A DNA stretch of 64,000 nucleotides, from NCBI GenBank assembly GCA_963715335.1, contig CAVQRZ010000001.1:96001-160000 (forward strand), given 5' to 3'. This stretch comes from an uncultured delta proteobacterium. Its GTDB lineage: Bacteria > Desulfobacterota > Desulfuromonadia > Desulfuromonadales > BM103. Below are positions 39,609 to 50,766 of this stretch, one piece after another. The notes beneath the pieces were generated by a model. The model saw nothing but the letters and a program-made list of their open reading frames with translations. It made no database searches and was not told where the DNA came from. Every line of letters begins with the position of its first letter. The stretch's first letter is position 1. Both the position numbers and the translations under genes were made by a program.

Positions 39609-41345
39609 TTACGCTTCCTGTCCGAGGCGACGGAAGGCTGCCAGCACATCGTTCTGGTTGAGAATGCCGACCAGCTTTTGCGGATCATCCGAATCGACCA
39701 CCGGGAAATAACTGACATTGCGATGCTGCTGCAGGATTTTCAGCGCCTCGCGCAAGGGTTGGTCCGGGTGCAGGCAATAGGATGCCGTTGTTGTCAGATC
39801 GCCGGCGACCACCAGCGGCACCAGGGTAGGTTCGAAGAGCAGGTTACGGATTTCCGTGTAATCGATAACCCCGACGAACCGGTTTTGGTCGTCAATCACC
39901 GGGAACCGGTCATAGCGGCTATGGGCAATATGCTTGAGCAATGCGTAGTAGGGTGTGCTATGCAAAACCGTCTCGACATTCTGGCGCATGATGTGCCGCA
40001 CCAGGATATCGCCGGGGTCCTTGAGCTGGTGGCCGATAGGGACCCCCAGGGCGCTGCGGAAATGATGGACGACATTGTGCAGGCCTTCCAGGGCTCCCAC
40101 CGGGGATTTCTTCTGCAGCAGCGCCAAAATCGGCACTTCGCCGGAGCGCACCAGCCCGTGCCTGACGGCAAGCGGGCCGACCAGTTCAAAAACGACTACC
40201 GCCCCGAGCACGATCGTTTCCAGCAACTTACCGCCCGTTGGCCAATGAAGCGCGAGTTGACTGGCCAGACCGATGGCGACGCCCGCCTGAGCCATCAGGG
40301 TCAGGCCGATGTAGGTCTTCTCGGTTTCGCCGAAAGCCCCGAGTTGGGCGCCGATGGCAGCCCCAAGCCACTTACCGAGGGTGCGCGCAAAGACGTATGC
40401 AATGCCAAGCAGCCCGATGTGAGCCAGGGATTCGATATGCAGGTTGGCGCCTGCCAGGACGAAAAAGATGACGTAGAGGAGGTAATCAACCTGGCGGATA
40501 TCCTGCTGCAGACGATGCCAGCGCGAGCAGCTGTTAGCAAGGACCATCCCGAGGACCAGGCTGGCCAGCAGAGGGTCGATCCCCAGACCCCGGCAAATAG
40601 CCACGGTGACGGCAATCCCGCCCAGCATGAGAATCTTGTTCTCGCTCGGCAGTTCGAGACGCTGGGCCCACACCGACATGAAAAAGCCAATAATCGCGCC
40701 GACCACGACTGGACCGGCCATGCGCATCATCAGTATCGCAAGCCCTTCGTCAGGGAAGATGAAAATGTGGGCGATTACTGCGAAGCCGAGGACCGACACC
40801 AGGTTGTTGAATCCGACCAGAGTCAGAACAAGATTGGTCACCGGTCCTTCCGCTTCGTACTCGCGGATGACCATCAGGGTGGCCGCAGGGGCTGTGGCCA
40901 CGGCAATGATCCCCAAAAACATGGCGAATGCCAGCGAGGTCTGCCAGAGGGTCAGGCCCGGGAGGACTTTCTGCTGGATCGCCAGGTTGACCCCCAGCGT
41001 GGAGATCGCTACCAGGATAAAAGTCAACAGCATCTCACTGCCGGAAAAGAGCAGGACCCGATGCCGCCAGCGATCAAGATGACGAATTTCGAACAATCCG
41101 CCGATATGCATCAGAATCAGGGCCAGGGCCAGGTCGGAGACCAGACGGAGCTCGCCGAGGACCTCCACGGGGAGGAAGGTCGGCAGGTTGACCAGCCCGG
41201 CAAGGGACGGGCCGAGCAACAGGCCGACCACCAGGTAGCCGGTGACTCTCGGGATATGGCAGAGAGAGGCCAGCCTGCCACCCAGCAGGGCGCCTATGAA
41301 AATCGCGGCAAGCGCGATCAGGATGTGGAACAAAGAAGACTCCAT
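39609..41345 (-). CDS. Cation:proton antiporter (Na+/H+ exchanger family) with tandem CBS domains
   Basis: MESSLFH start; IPRVTGYLVVGLLLGP, ATAPAAT, FFVLAGA, QAGVAIGL, ELVGP; C-terminal VRHIM..FPVID..VGVI CBS pair. Appears in-frame with the upstream gene, probably through a 1-nt indel. Confidence 0.85.
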   Translation of the reverse strand: MESSLFHILIALAAIFIGALLGGRLASLCHIPRVTGYLVVGLLLGPSLAGLVNLPTFLPVEVLGELRLVSDLALALILMHIGGLFEIRHLDRWRHRVLLFSGSEMLLTFILVAISTLGVNLAIQQKVLPGLTLWQTSLAFAMFLGIIAVATAPAATLMVIREYEAEGPVTNLVLTLVGFNNLVSVLGFAVIAHIFIFPDEGLAILMMRMAGPVVVGAIIGFFMSVWAQRLELPSENKILMLGGIAVTVAICRGLGIDPLLASLVLGMVLANSCSRWHRLQQDIRQVDYLLYVIFFVLAGANLHIESLAHIGLLGIAYVFARTLGKWLGAAIGAQLGAFGETEKTYIGLTLMAQAGVAIGLASQLALHWPTGGKLLETIVLGAVVVFELVGPLAVRHGLVRSGEVPILALLQKKSPVGALEGLHNVVHHFRSALGVPIGHQLKDPGDILVRHIMRQNVETVLHSTPYYALLKHIAHSRYDRFPVIDDQNRFVGVIDYTEIRNLLFEPTLVPLVVAGDLTTTASYCLHPDQPLREALKILQQHRNVSYFPVVDSDDPQKLVGILNQNDVLAAFRRLGQEA

Positions 41346-41434
41346 AACTGTATGCCAGACCTGCCCGCACCGCGCTTTTGCCCGAGTCGTCTCCGCACCC
41401 TGCGGAGCAGAGAAACAATCGGAGCCGGGGCTCG

Positions 41435-43529
41435 TCACGTGTCGCCGGCGTAAAGCTCCTCTAAAGAGGCTAAGCCCTTTCTTCTCGCCTATCACCAGAA
41501 GACGGTCTCCCTCCTTGAGGATGGCGCTGCCGTCCGGGACGAAGGACTGGTCGCCGCGCGTCAGCATGGCCACCAGACAGCCCTTGGGGATCGGCAGATC
41601 TTGCAGAGCCTGCCCGACCAGGCTGGCCGTGGGATGCTCGGCGCGGAGGTTGAGGATCAGGAAATGATCATCATGGAGCAGGCTCTGCCGCAGGCCTTGT
41701 TCGTCATCGGCCTGATGCCACTCCGTGAAGAAGCTTTCTTCGTCGATACGCTCCGCGATCCTTGCCAGAATTCGCAGGTGCTGGGTCGGGTTGTGGTCCG
41801 GGCTGACGAGGAAGAAAAGTGCGTAAACGACCTCGACACCCTCTTCCTGGTAGTTCAGCGGATTGTAGATCGAGATTCGTACCCCCTGCTTCGCCCTGAC
41901 CAGGATCATCTCGGCGTGCGCGATCTTGTCTGAACGGAAATGAGGGAGGGCCACCCCGCGGGTCACCGGAGTCGCCCCGATCTTGTTGCCATCCATGACC
42001 TGCTTGCAGATATCTTCTTCGGTCATAGGGATAATGGTGCACAACTTCGCCGCAACCTGCGCCACCACCTCTTTGAATTGACAGGGAGCATCGATTTCAA
42101 CAACCCGGCTGCGCATAACGATCTCATCAAAGGGGTCCTCCTCGCGCAGCCCCTTCTCCCGCAAGATCCCCCGCAGCTCGCTGTCCAGGTCGACATGCTT
42201 GTGACGGCCAAGACGCTCGAATACGTGGTAGATCGCTCCAGCCCGGACCACGCGGTGGCGACCGTAGTAGAGGTACCATCCACTCGAGGCCAAAATCAGC
42301 CCCGCGGAAAAGAGCATCGGCACGACCCCCATCTCGAAGATCAGGAAAAGCGGCAAGACAATTCCGGCCAGCTGCATCCATGGGTAAAACGGGGAACGGT
42401 AGCCCGGGTCGTAAGATTGAATCTGGCTCTCGCGCATGACGATCACCGCTACGCAGACCAGGGCGAACATCAGCAGCTGAAAGGAGCTGGCGAGCTTGGC
42501 GATGCCAACCGGATCGAACAGGACGATGGTGAGGATGATGGCGGTCAAGGTCAATGAAATGGCATGGAAGGGGGTACCGAACCGGCTCAGGCTGCGGAAC
42601 AAGTCCGGCAGCAAGTGGTCGCGGCTCATGGCCAGGGGGTAGCGCGAAGCACTGAGCAGCCCCGCGTTGGCAACCGACACAAAGGCTAGCAGCGCTGCCA
42701 GAGACAGCAGCACAACCCCGGGGAAGCCCAGGGCGTAGCCCGCCGCAGTTGCGACCGGGGTCAGGTTGCCGCGCAGCTCGTCGGGCGGGACCAGGCCGAC
42801 GATCACGGTGGTTCCGAGACCATAGACCAGAATGGCGCTGGCGAGGGCAAGAAACACCGCCCGCGGCAGATTCCGCTCCGGGTCCTTGACTTCTTCCGAC
42901 AGGCTCGCAACCTTGGTCACGCCGACATAGCTGATGTAGACCAGGCCGGCCGTGGAGATGATGTTGTCGAACCCGGCGGCCAAAAAGCCCTCGAAATGGA
43001 GCGGCTGGATGGAGAAGGCCCCGCTGGTAATGAAAACCAGCAGCAGACTGAGCAGCCCGAACACCAGTGCGACCTGGAGGCCACCGCTCTTCTTGGTGCC
43101 CAGGAGGTTGATCACGCCGAGGGCAACAGCGATCGTTACGGCGATCGGGACGATCTGCAGGATCGGGAAGAACAGGGCAATGTAGGCCCCCATCCCGACC
43201 AGCGCGAAGGCAACCTTGAGGACGAGGGCCAGCCAGGTACCGATGCCGCCGATCGTGCCAAAAAACGGCCCAAGGGAGCGGTCCAGGAAATAGTAGACCC
43301 CTCCGGCACGGGGCATGGCCGTCGCCAGCTCTATGATACTGAACGTGGCGGGAATCATCGGCAAGGCGGCCAGCATGTACGCGAGGACAAGCCCCGGGCC
43401 AGCGCTGATGGCAGCGATTCCGGGAAGCAGGAAAAACCCGGCGCTCAGGGTCGCACCGGTGGCGATGGCATAGACGTCGACCAGTCGCAGTTCTTTTTTC
43501 AAACGTACGTGTGTCCTGGGAAGCGCCAT
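41435..43529 (-). CDS. APC-superfamily permease fused to PTS EIIA and TrkA-C (RCK_C) domains
   Basis: LKKELRL, GATLSAGFFLLPG, ELATAMPRAGG, SEEVKDPERNLPR; EIIA motif GVALPH; RCK_C LVAMLTRG..VPDG..LKEGDRLLVIG. Removing one G at 41458-41459 restores the ending LFRELYAGDT-TGA at 41435. Confidence 0.82.
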
Positions 43530-43693
43530 CTTTCCCTCTCGCCTGTCAAACTCTTGCTGCGAACCGCACCGGGGCCCCAGTCACCAGCCAGCAACTGGGT
43601 CAGGCCCGGAAAGGGTAGAATATAGCATACCCTGTCAGACTTTCGAAAAGACAATTGTCCGGCACAGGCGTTGTCCGGGGTCCCCTTTCTTGC

Positions 43694-45223
43694 TCAGCGG
43701 GGCTTCCGATCCAGCCCCCGATACTGAATCGCCTCGGCCAGGTGGGCCGGACCGATCTCTGCGTTTCCGGCAAGATCGGCAATTGTACGACCGACCTTGA
43801 GCAGGCGCGTATAGCTTCGGGCCGACAGGCCAAGCCGGTCCGTGACCTGTTGCAGCAGTTCCTGCCCTGCTTTGTCGGTCCGACAGTATTTCTGCAGTTG
43901 CCTGGGTCCCATGCGTGCGTTGCAGTGAATCGATGAACCTGCGAACCGCTGTTGCTGGACGGACCGTGCCTGCGCTACCCTGCCACGAACAGTTTCGCTC
44001 CCCTCTACCGGCCGGGTATCGGCAAGATCCCTGTGCGGCAGGCGTGGGACCTCGACCTGCAGATCGATACGATCAAGCAACGGTCCCGAAAGCCTGGTCC
44101 GGTAACGTTGCATCAATGCCGGCGTACAGGTGCAGCTGTGCTGTGAATCGCCGAGAAATCCACAGGGGCAGGGGTTCATGGCGGCGACCATCATAAAGGA
44201 TGCCGGATAGGTGAGGCTTTGTGCGGCTCGACTGATACAGACCTGGCCATCCTCGAGGGGCTGCCGCAGCATTTCCAGGATATTCTTCTTGAACTCCGGG
44301 AGCTCATCGAGAAAAAGGACGCCATTGTGCGCCAGGGAGACCTCTCCGGGGCGGGGATGAGTTCCACCGCCGATCAAACCGGCATCAGAGATTGTATGGT
44401 GCGGCGCTCGGAACACGCGCCTGGCGACCAGGGCCTGACCGGTCGGCAGGAGTCCGAGGATGGAATGAATCTTGGTGATCTCAAGGGCTTCTTCAAAAGT
44501 CTGCTCCGGTAGAATCGTCGCGATCCTCCTGGCGAGCATTGTCTTGCCGCTGCCGGGAGGTCCGACCATCAGGATGTTGTGCCCGCCGGCGGCGGCAACC
44601 TCCAGGGCGCGCTTGACATGGTCTTGCCCCCGCACTTCGGAGAAATCGACATCGTCCTGAACAACCTGGCCGAACATCGTCGAAAGATCGACCCGGCACG
44701 GCTCCAGGGTTCGGTTGCCGGTGAGAAAATCAACCACTTCGCCGAGGGTCCCGGCCGGGTAAACTGGCAGGCCGTCGACCAGCGCACCTTCTTCGGCGTT
44801 GGCGGCAGGCAGGATCAGGCCGTCCAGATGCCAGCGCCGCGCAGCGGCGGCAACCGGCAGCACTCCACGGACCGGCTTGATGCAGCCATCGAGAGACAAT
44901 TCGCCCATCAGGAGGAAACGCGAGGCACGAGCCAACGGCACCAGTCCGGTTGCCGTGAGCAGGCCGACTGCCATAGGCAAATCGAAGGCTGTGCCTTCCT
45001 TGCGAATATCCGCCGGGGCCAGGTTGATCGTGATGCGACGGGTGGGAAATTCGTAACCGGAATTTTTAATCGCGGACTTGACGCGGTCCTTGCTTTCCTT
45101 GACCGCGCCCTCGGGGAGACCAACCGTGGCAAACTGCGGCAGTCCCTGGGCTATATCGACTTCCACCTCGACCGGGTAGGCGTCAATCCCGAGCAGCGCC
45201 CCGGATAAAACCTTGGCAAGCAT
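43694..45223 (-). CDS. comM: YifB/ComM Mg-chelatase-like AAA+ ATPase
   Basis: VGLPEGAVKES, ITINLAPAD, GPPGSGKT, PGEVSLAHNGVLFLDELPEF, NPCPCG, SGPLLDRID. Confidence 0.92.
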   Translation of the reverse strand: MLAKVLSGALLGIDAYPVEVEVDIAQGLPQFATVGLPEGAVKESKDRVKSAIKNSGYEFPTRRITINLAPADIRKEGTAFDLPMAVGLLTATGLVPLARASRFLLMGELSLDGCIKPVRGVLPVAAAARRWHLDGLILPAANAEEGALVDGLPVYPAGTLGEVVDFLTGNRTLEPCRVDLSTMFGQVVQDDVDFSEVRGQDHVKRALEVAAAGGHNILMVGPPGSGKTMLARRIATILPEQTFEEALEITKIHSILGLLPTGQALVARRVFRAPHHTISDAGLIGGGTHPRPGEVSLAHNGVLFLDELPEFKKNILEMLRQPLEDGQVCISRAAQSLTYPASFMMVAAMNPCPCGFLGDSQHSCTCTPALMQRYRTRLSGPLLDRIDLQVEVPRLPHRDLADTRPVEGSETVRGRVAQARSVQQQRFAGSSIHCNARMGPRQLQKYCRTDKAGQELLQQVTDRLGLSARSYTRLLKVGRTIADLAGNAEIGPAHLAEAIQYRGLDRKPR

Positions 45224-45306
45224 ATGTCCCTCCATTTGCAAATAGCAGGCCCCGATCTCGGGGCAAATTACATGCGTTGCCAGACTGGCAACATTTCATT
45301 AAACAG

Positions 45307-45447
45307 CTTGAAAAACGCTTAACGCCCGTTCGCTTCGCTCACTCAAGGCGCAAAGTAACGCAAAGAAAAACCATAAATTTTAATCTTATTCTTCCTTGGC
45401 CTTTCTTTCGCGTCTTTGCGCCTTTGCGTTAAATGGTTTATTTCAAG
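45307..45447. repeat. Inverted octamer-type repeat element (CGCAAAG family)
   Basis: TTAACGC...AAGGCGCAAAGTAACGCAAAG / TTCGCGTCTTTGCGCCTTTGCGTTAA arms around an AT-rich spacer. Confidence 0.7.
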
Positions 45448-45455
45448 ATTTGAAA

Positions 45456-46394
45456 TCACCCTGAATGCTCCAACTCGTCCAGGTATTTCTCTGCAACGAT
45501 CGCCGCAATCGCGCCATCACCGACCGCAGTCGCGATCTGCTTGAGGATCTTCTTGCGGACGTCGCCGGCCGCGAAAACGCCCGGCATCGAAGTCCGGCAA
45601 TCCGAGTCGGTCAGGATGTAGCCATCCTTATCGAGGTCAAGAATCTCGGCCAGGAAATGTGCCTTGGGCGTCACGCCGATGGCGACGAACATGCCGACCA
45701 CCTCGAGAGTCTGCCGGGAATCGTCCTGACGGTTGCGCAGCACCAGACTGGTGACCCCGCTCTTGTCGCCGAGAGCTTCCTCGACAAGGCAATTCCAGAG
45801 CGGTTCAATCTTGTCGTTGGCAAACAGCCGGTCCTGCAGGACCTTGGTAGCCCGCAGCTCATCACGCCGGTGCACCAGGTAAACCTTGCTGGCGAAACGG
45901 CTCAGGAACAGAGCCTCTTCGGCGGCCGTATCGCCACCGCCAATAATCGCGACCGGCACATTCCGGAAAAAAGCGCCGTCGCAGGTGGCGCAATACGAGA
46001 CGCCGCGGCCGGTAAATTCGGTTTCGCCAGGGATCCCAAGCTTGCTCGGTTCGGCACCGGTCGTAATAATCACGGCGCGGGTGCGCACTTCTTTGTCATC
46101 GACTGTGACGACCTTTTCCTTGCCATGATCGACCATGCCGGTGACTTCGCCGGTGACTGTTTCCAGGCCAAACTCCTGGCAGTGCTGCTGGAAGCGCATC
46201 ATCAGTTCAGGGCCGTCGATCCCTCCCGGAAAACCGGGATAATTCTCAACCTTGGTGGTCGTCATCACCTGGCCGCCGAGGATCATGCGTTCCACCACCA
46301 GGGTTTTGAGTTTGGCGCGGGAAGTATAAAGGCCAGCGGTCAGTCCAGCCGGGCCGCCACCGATAATCAGTACGTCATATAGGGTTTCGCGCAT
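45456..46394 (-). CDS. trxB: Thioredoxin-disulfide reductase
   Basis: IIGGGPAGLTA, VENYPGF, GVSYCATCDG, GGGDTAAEEA, FAAGDVR. Confidence 0.96.
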   Translation of the reverse strand: MRETLYDVLIIGGGPAGLTAGLYTSRAKLKTLVVERMILGGQVMTTTKVENYPGFPGGIDGPELMMRFQQHCQEFGLETVTGEVTGMVDHGKEKVVTVDDKEVRTRAVIITTGAEPSKLGIPGETEFTGRGVSYCATCDGAFFRNVPVAIIGGGDTAAEEALFLSRFASKVYLVHRRDELRATKVLQDRLFANDKIEPLWNCLVEEALGDKSGVTSLVLRNRQDDSRQTLEVVGMFVAIGVTPKAHFLAEILDLDKDGYILTDSDCRTSMPGVFAAGDVRKKILKQIATAVGDGAIAAIVAEKYLDELEHSG

Positions 46395-46544
46395 TTGTCC
46401 TCGTCCTGTATGCACTCTGTAGAAATAGCTGTCGAAAATTGCCGGTAACCTTAGCATAGCTGTGGCGAAAAGGGAATCGCCATCATACTTGCTTTCCCCG
46501 GCGCCGGGGGCCTAGAATAGTGCCGACAAAACCGGACCGAGACC

Positions 46545-47546
46545 ATGACCGAACAGACGACATCAACCCCTCTCCACCAGGGCCACAACCGCGGGCATCA
46601 CGACCATGGGCAGCTTGACCGTGGCATCACCCGTGGCTTCATCATCGCGATCGGCCTGACCGCGATCACCCTGATCGCAGAATTGATCGGGGGCTTCTGG
46701 ACCAACTCCCTGGCCCTGCTCGCCGACGCTGCCCACGTCTTCATGGACCTCTTTGCCCTGGTCCTGTCGCTGGCGGCGATTCATCTGGCCAGGTTCCCGG
46801 CCAGCGACACCCGAACTTACGGGTGGCATCGCGCCGAGATCTTTGCGTCACTGATCAATGGCGCGACCCTGCTGCTGATCGCTTTCGGCATTCTCGGCGA
46901 GGTCTGGGGTCGCCTGATTCACCCCGAAGCGGTCAAGAGCAAGGAGATGTTCATCATTGCGACGATCGGCCTGGTCATGAATCTGGTCGCCGCCGGCCGC
47001 CTGCATAGCCACTCCCGCGACGACCTCAACGTGCGCAGCGCCTTCCTGCACGTCCTCGGCGATGCGATCGCCTCGGTCGGTGTTATCATCGGCGGCATTA
47101 TCATGCTTTACACCGGCTGGTTCATCATCGATGCCCTGATCTCTCTGGGAATCGCCCTGATTATCAGCTGGGGTGCGATCCGCATCCTGCGCGAAGCCGG
47201 TCATATCCTGCTGGAGGGAGTCCCGCCACAGATCAATATCAACGAACTGGTTGCCAGGATGGAGGCCATCACGGGTGTCAGCAATGTTCACCACCTGCAC
47301 GTCTGGTCAATCTGTTCACACATCACGGCGTTGTCGGCACATATCGATATCGAACCGGACTATCGCTTGCACCAGGGTGAAATTATCGGTAATCTCGAGG
47401 AGCTGCTCGATCACGAGTTTCACATCACCCACACGACGCTGCAGGGAGAATGTTCAAGGTGCACGACCGGGCCAGTGATCCAGCAGCTCAAGCACAGGCC
47501 GCGCAAGCCGTCACATGACGACCACCACAACGATCATCGACACTGA
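46545..47546 (+). CDS. Cation diffusion facilitator (CzcD/ZitB-like Zn/Co/Cd efflux)
   Basis: His-rich termini, SLALLADAAHVFMD, TYGWHRAE, NVRSAFLHVLGD, HHLHVW. Confidence 0.92.
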   Translation: MTEQTTSTPLHQGHNRGHHDHGQLDRGITRGFIIAIGLTAITLIAELIGGFWTNSLALLADAAHVFMDLFALVLSLAAIHLARFPASDTRTYGWHRAEIFASLINGATLLLIAFGILGEVWGRLIHPEAVKSKEMFIIATIGLVMNLVAAGRLHSHSRDDLNVRSAFLHVLGDAIASVGVIIGGIIMLYTGWFIIDALISLGIALIISWGAIRILREAGHILLEGVPPQININELVARMEAITGVSNVHHLHVWSICSHITALSAHIDIEPDYRLHQGEIIGNLEELLDHEFHITHTTLQGECSRCTTGPVIQQLKHRPRKPSHDDHHNDHRH

Positions 47547-47552
47547 GATTCT

Positions 47553-47960
47553 ATGCACCGTTTGATCAAACCGATTTTCTGGACTTTCCTGTTCCTGGCC
47601 ATGCTGCTGGTCATCGACCAGATCCTTGTCCGGGTCCCCCCGATCCATCCAGCCCATGAAGCCGTCAGCAACTTCTACCGGGACTTCCGCGGTCGCCTGA
47701 TCGACCTGACTTTCGGCGAAAAGCAAGCGGCGCCGGAATCGGTCGAAGCCGTCATCGAGAAACAACAGGCGGCGGAGAAAAAGGCCCCTGCAAAAACCGG
47801 GACCCCCGGCAAAAAACAGTCCCTGCCGGCCAAGAGCACCCCTGCCGAGAAATCGCAACGCTACATCTACTCTGACGGCAAGGGCGAGCTGCACTTTGCC
47901 GATTCCCTGGAAGAGGTCCCGGAAAAATACCGCGCGCAGGCACAACCTATGGGGAAATAG
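47553..47960 (+). CDS. Membrane-anchored hypothetical protein (DUF4124-like C-terminus)
   Basis: N-terminal TM, low-complexity linker, YIYSDGKGELHFADSLEEVPEKYR. Confidence 0.7.
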   Translation: MHRLIKPIFWTFLFLAMLLVIDQILVRVPPIHPAHEAVSNFYRDFRGRLIDLTFGEKQAAPESVEAVIEKQQAAEKKAPAKTGTPGKKQSLPAKSTPAEKSQRYIYSDGKGELHFADSLEEVPEKYRAQAQPMGK

Positions 47961-48080
47961 CGTGGCGGGTGGCGCGTAGCGCGAAAAAAATAAAGGGGTG
48001 CCAGACTCAAGTCTGACACCCCTTATCTTCATAAAAAATTGGTTTTAGCTTTTTCCCGCCACGCGCCACGCGCTACTCGC
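47959..48080. repeat. Period-7 inverted array enclosing a REP-like hairpin between convergent genes
   Basis: AGCGTGG CGGGTGG CGCGTAG / CCACGCG CCACGCG CTACTCG arms; central AAGGGGTGCCAGACTCAAGTCTGACACCCCTT (47993-48024). Confidence 0.75.
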
Positions 48081-48081
48081 T

Positions 48082-48873
<792 letters not shown>

Positions 48874-49129
48874 GGCACCTCCGATATAAAACAAGGTTCT
48901 AAGCAACCCCTTGTCGCCTCTGCAAGTGGCATCAAAAGTAATTATATGCGAGTCGCAACGACAAACAAGGCCTCCCAAACTTAACCGGATTATCTTGACC
49001 GCAAGGCATAAATCATGCTATGACGTGTGGCATTTTGGTAGCTAGACTACTGTTTTAGATGGTTGTATTTTAATGACAGTTCCACCAGGGACTGAATGTG
49101 TTCAACGCCAGTTGAACCCGCCGAGAGAG

Positions 49130-49615
49130 ATGAAAACCAAATTCGCCACCTTTGCAGTGATGTTGATCTTCTGGGTCGTGTTGTCAGGCATGTTCGACGC
49201 CTTCCACCTGACCCTCGGCGTGATCTGCTGCCTGTTGGTTGCCCACTTCAGTCATGACCTGCTTTTTTACGGTGACCACAAGGCGGGTTGGGGGCAGGGG
49301 CTCCTTGGTATGATCAGCTACCTGCCCTGGCTCTTCTACCAGATCATCCTGGCCAACCTTGAGGTCGCATACGTCGTGCTGCATCCACGGATGCTCGACA
49401 AGATTGACCCGCATGTCATCCGCTTCAAGACCAAGCTTAAAAGGCCTATCTCCAAGGTTACCTTTGCCCAGTCGATCACCCTGACTCCAGGGACCATCAC
49501 GGTCAGCATTCATAAGGACGAATTCTCTGTTTACGCTCTGACCCGCAGCGCCAGCGACGCCCTGCCGGGCGAAATGGAAGAACGGGTCGCTCGCGCTCTG
49601 GAGTCGGGTCAATGA
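49130..49615 (+). CDS. mrpE: Na+/H+ antiporter subunit E
   Basis: ANLEVAYVVLHP, AQSITLTPGTITV. Confidence 0.9.
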   Translation: MKTKFATFAVMLIFWVVLSGMFDAFHLTLGVICCLLVAHFSHDLLFYGDHKAGWGQGLLGMISYLPWLFYQIILANLEVAYVVLHPRMLDKIDPHVIRFKTKLKRPISKVTFAQSITLTPGTITVSIHKDEFSVYALTRSASDALPGEMEERVARALESGQ

Positions 49616-49914
49616 TGCATTCATTCTTTCTGGCAACCGGAGTTGCGCTGGTCCTGCTGATGATCCTCAGCCTGCTGCGTACGGTAATCGGTCCGACCAT
49701 TCTCGACCGGATTCTCGGTGGCAATGTGATCGGCACCAAGACCACTGTGTTGCTGCTGCTCATCGGCTTGCTCTACGACAACCTTGCCATGTTCGTCGAT
49801 ATCGCCATCGCCTACGCGTTGCTCAACTTTATCGCCACGCTCGGAGCAACCAAGTTTTTCCTGCACCGGCTTGACGTTTTCCTGGAAGGACAGGATCGGG
49901 AAGAGAACCCATGA
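49612..49914 (+). CDS. mrpF: Na+/H+ antiporter subunit F
   Basis: GPTILDRIL, DIAIAYALLNFIAT. Confidence 0.9.
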   Translation: MMHSFFLATGVALVLLMILSLLRTVIGPTILDRILGGNVIGTKTTVLLLLIGLLYDNLAMFVDIAIAYALLNFIATLGATKFFLHRLDVFLEGQDREENP

Positions 49915-50246
49915 CGGTTTTTTCTATCATCGCCATAATTCTGATTATGCTGGGGCTGTTCTTTTTCTTCGCCGGGACCATAGGGATTCTGCGGCTACCG
50001 GACTTTTACAGTCGCCTGCATGCCGCCGGAAAATGTGATTCTCTGGCAGCGACGCTGATGATCGGCGGGATCGCGATCTACAACCTTCAGCCCTTTACGT
50101 TCGGTGCGCTGCTGGTCAGTTTCAAACTGCTTTTGGTTGCCCTGTTTGTTTTCGTCGCCAACCCGACGGCAACCCACGCGATCACCGAAGCGGCACTGGT
50201 GCTCGGCGTTAAACCGTGGCAGCGGACGGAGAAGAAAAAACCATGA
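49911..50246 (+). CDS. mrpG: Na+/H+ antiporter subunit G
   Basis: GILRLPDFYSRLHAAGK, NPTATHAI. Confidence 0.92.
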   Translation: MTVFSIIAIILIMLGLFFFFAGTIGILRLPDFYSRLHAAGKCDSLAATLMIGGIAIYNLQPFTFGALLVSFKLLLVALFVFVANPTATHAITEAALVLGVKPWQRTEKKKP

Positions 50247-50488
50247 TCTGGCAACTTGACCTGATGATTCTCACACTGGTGGTGGTTTGCGCCCTGGTAA
50301 CGATTAATATCAAGGACCTGCTCGGGGCATCTGTGGTGTTCGGCATCTATTCGTTCATGATGTGTTTGCTGTGGGCCGAGATGGGCGCCGTCGACGTCGC
50401 GTTCACCGAAGCCACCGTCGGTGCCGGCGTCAGCACTATCTTCTTCATCTCGGCGATCTTCAAAACCACCCGGAGGAGCAAAGATTGA
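50243..50488 (+). CDS. Mrp subunit, DUF4040/MbhD-like (stand-alone MrpA C-terminal part)
   Basis: AVDVAFTEATVGAG motif; ATGA overlap with mrpG stop. Confidence 0.85.
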   Translation: MIWQLDLMILTLVVVCALVTINIKDLLGASVVFGIYSFMMCLLWAEMGAVDVAFTEATVGAGVSTIFFISAIFKTTRRSKD

Positions 50489-50766
50489 AAGGCCTGGCAT
50501 TGTTCGCAACTCTGTTGACAGGAGCCCTGTTATTGTTTGGGACCAGGGATTTTCCCCCCTGGGGAGACCCCCAGGACCCTGCCAGCACTTACCTCTCCCC
50601 GGTCTATATTGAAAAGGCCGTCGAGCAGACTCACGTCCCGAATATCGTCACTGCGATACTCGGCGATTACCGGGGCTACGACACCATGTTCGAAACCGTG
50701 GTTATCTACTGTGCCGGCATGGCTGTGCTCAGCATCCTGCGCAGAAACAGGGAAGATCAGGAGTGA
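50485..50766 (+). CDS. Mrp subunit, MbhE-like (stand-alone MrpA/MrpB part)
   Basis: PNIVTAILGDYRGYDTMFE motif; TTG start overlapping the previous stop. Confidence 0.85.
   Translation: MKGLALFATLLTGALLLFGTRDFPPWGDPQDPASTYLSPVYIEKAVEQTHVPNIVTAILGDYRGYDTMFETVVIYCAGMAVLSILRRNREDQE

Noticed and set aside
39609..43529. 1306-aa permease-antiporter giant fusion
   Set aside because: The linker reads like translated intergenic DNA. Deleting one G gives a natural stop (RELYAGDT*) and a separate ATG at 41345. The same indel type occurs in grpE.
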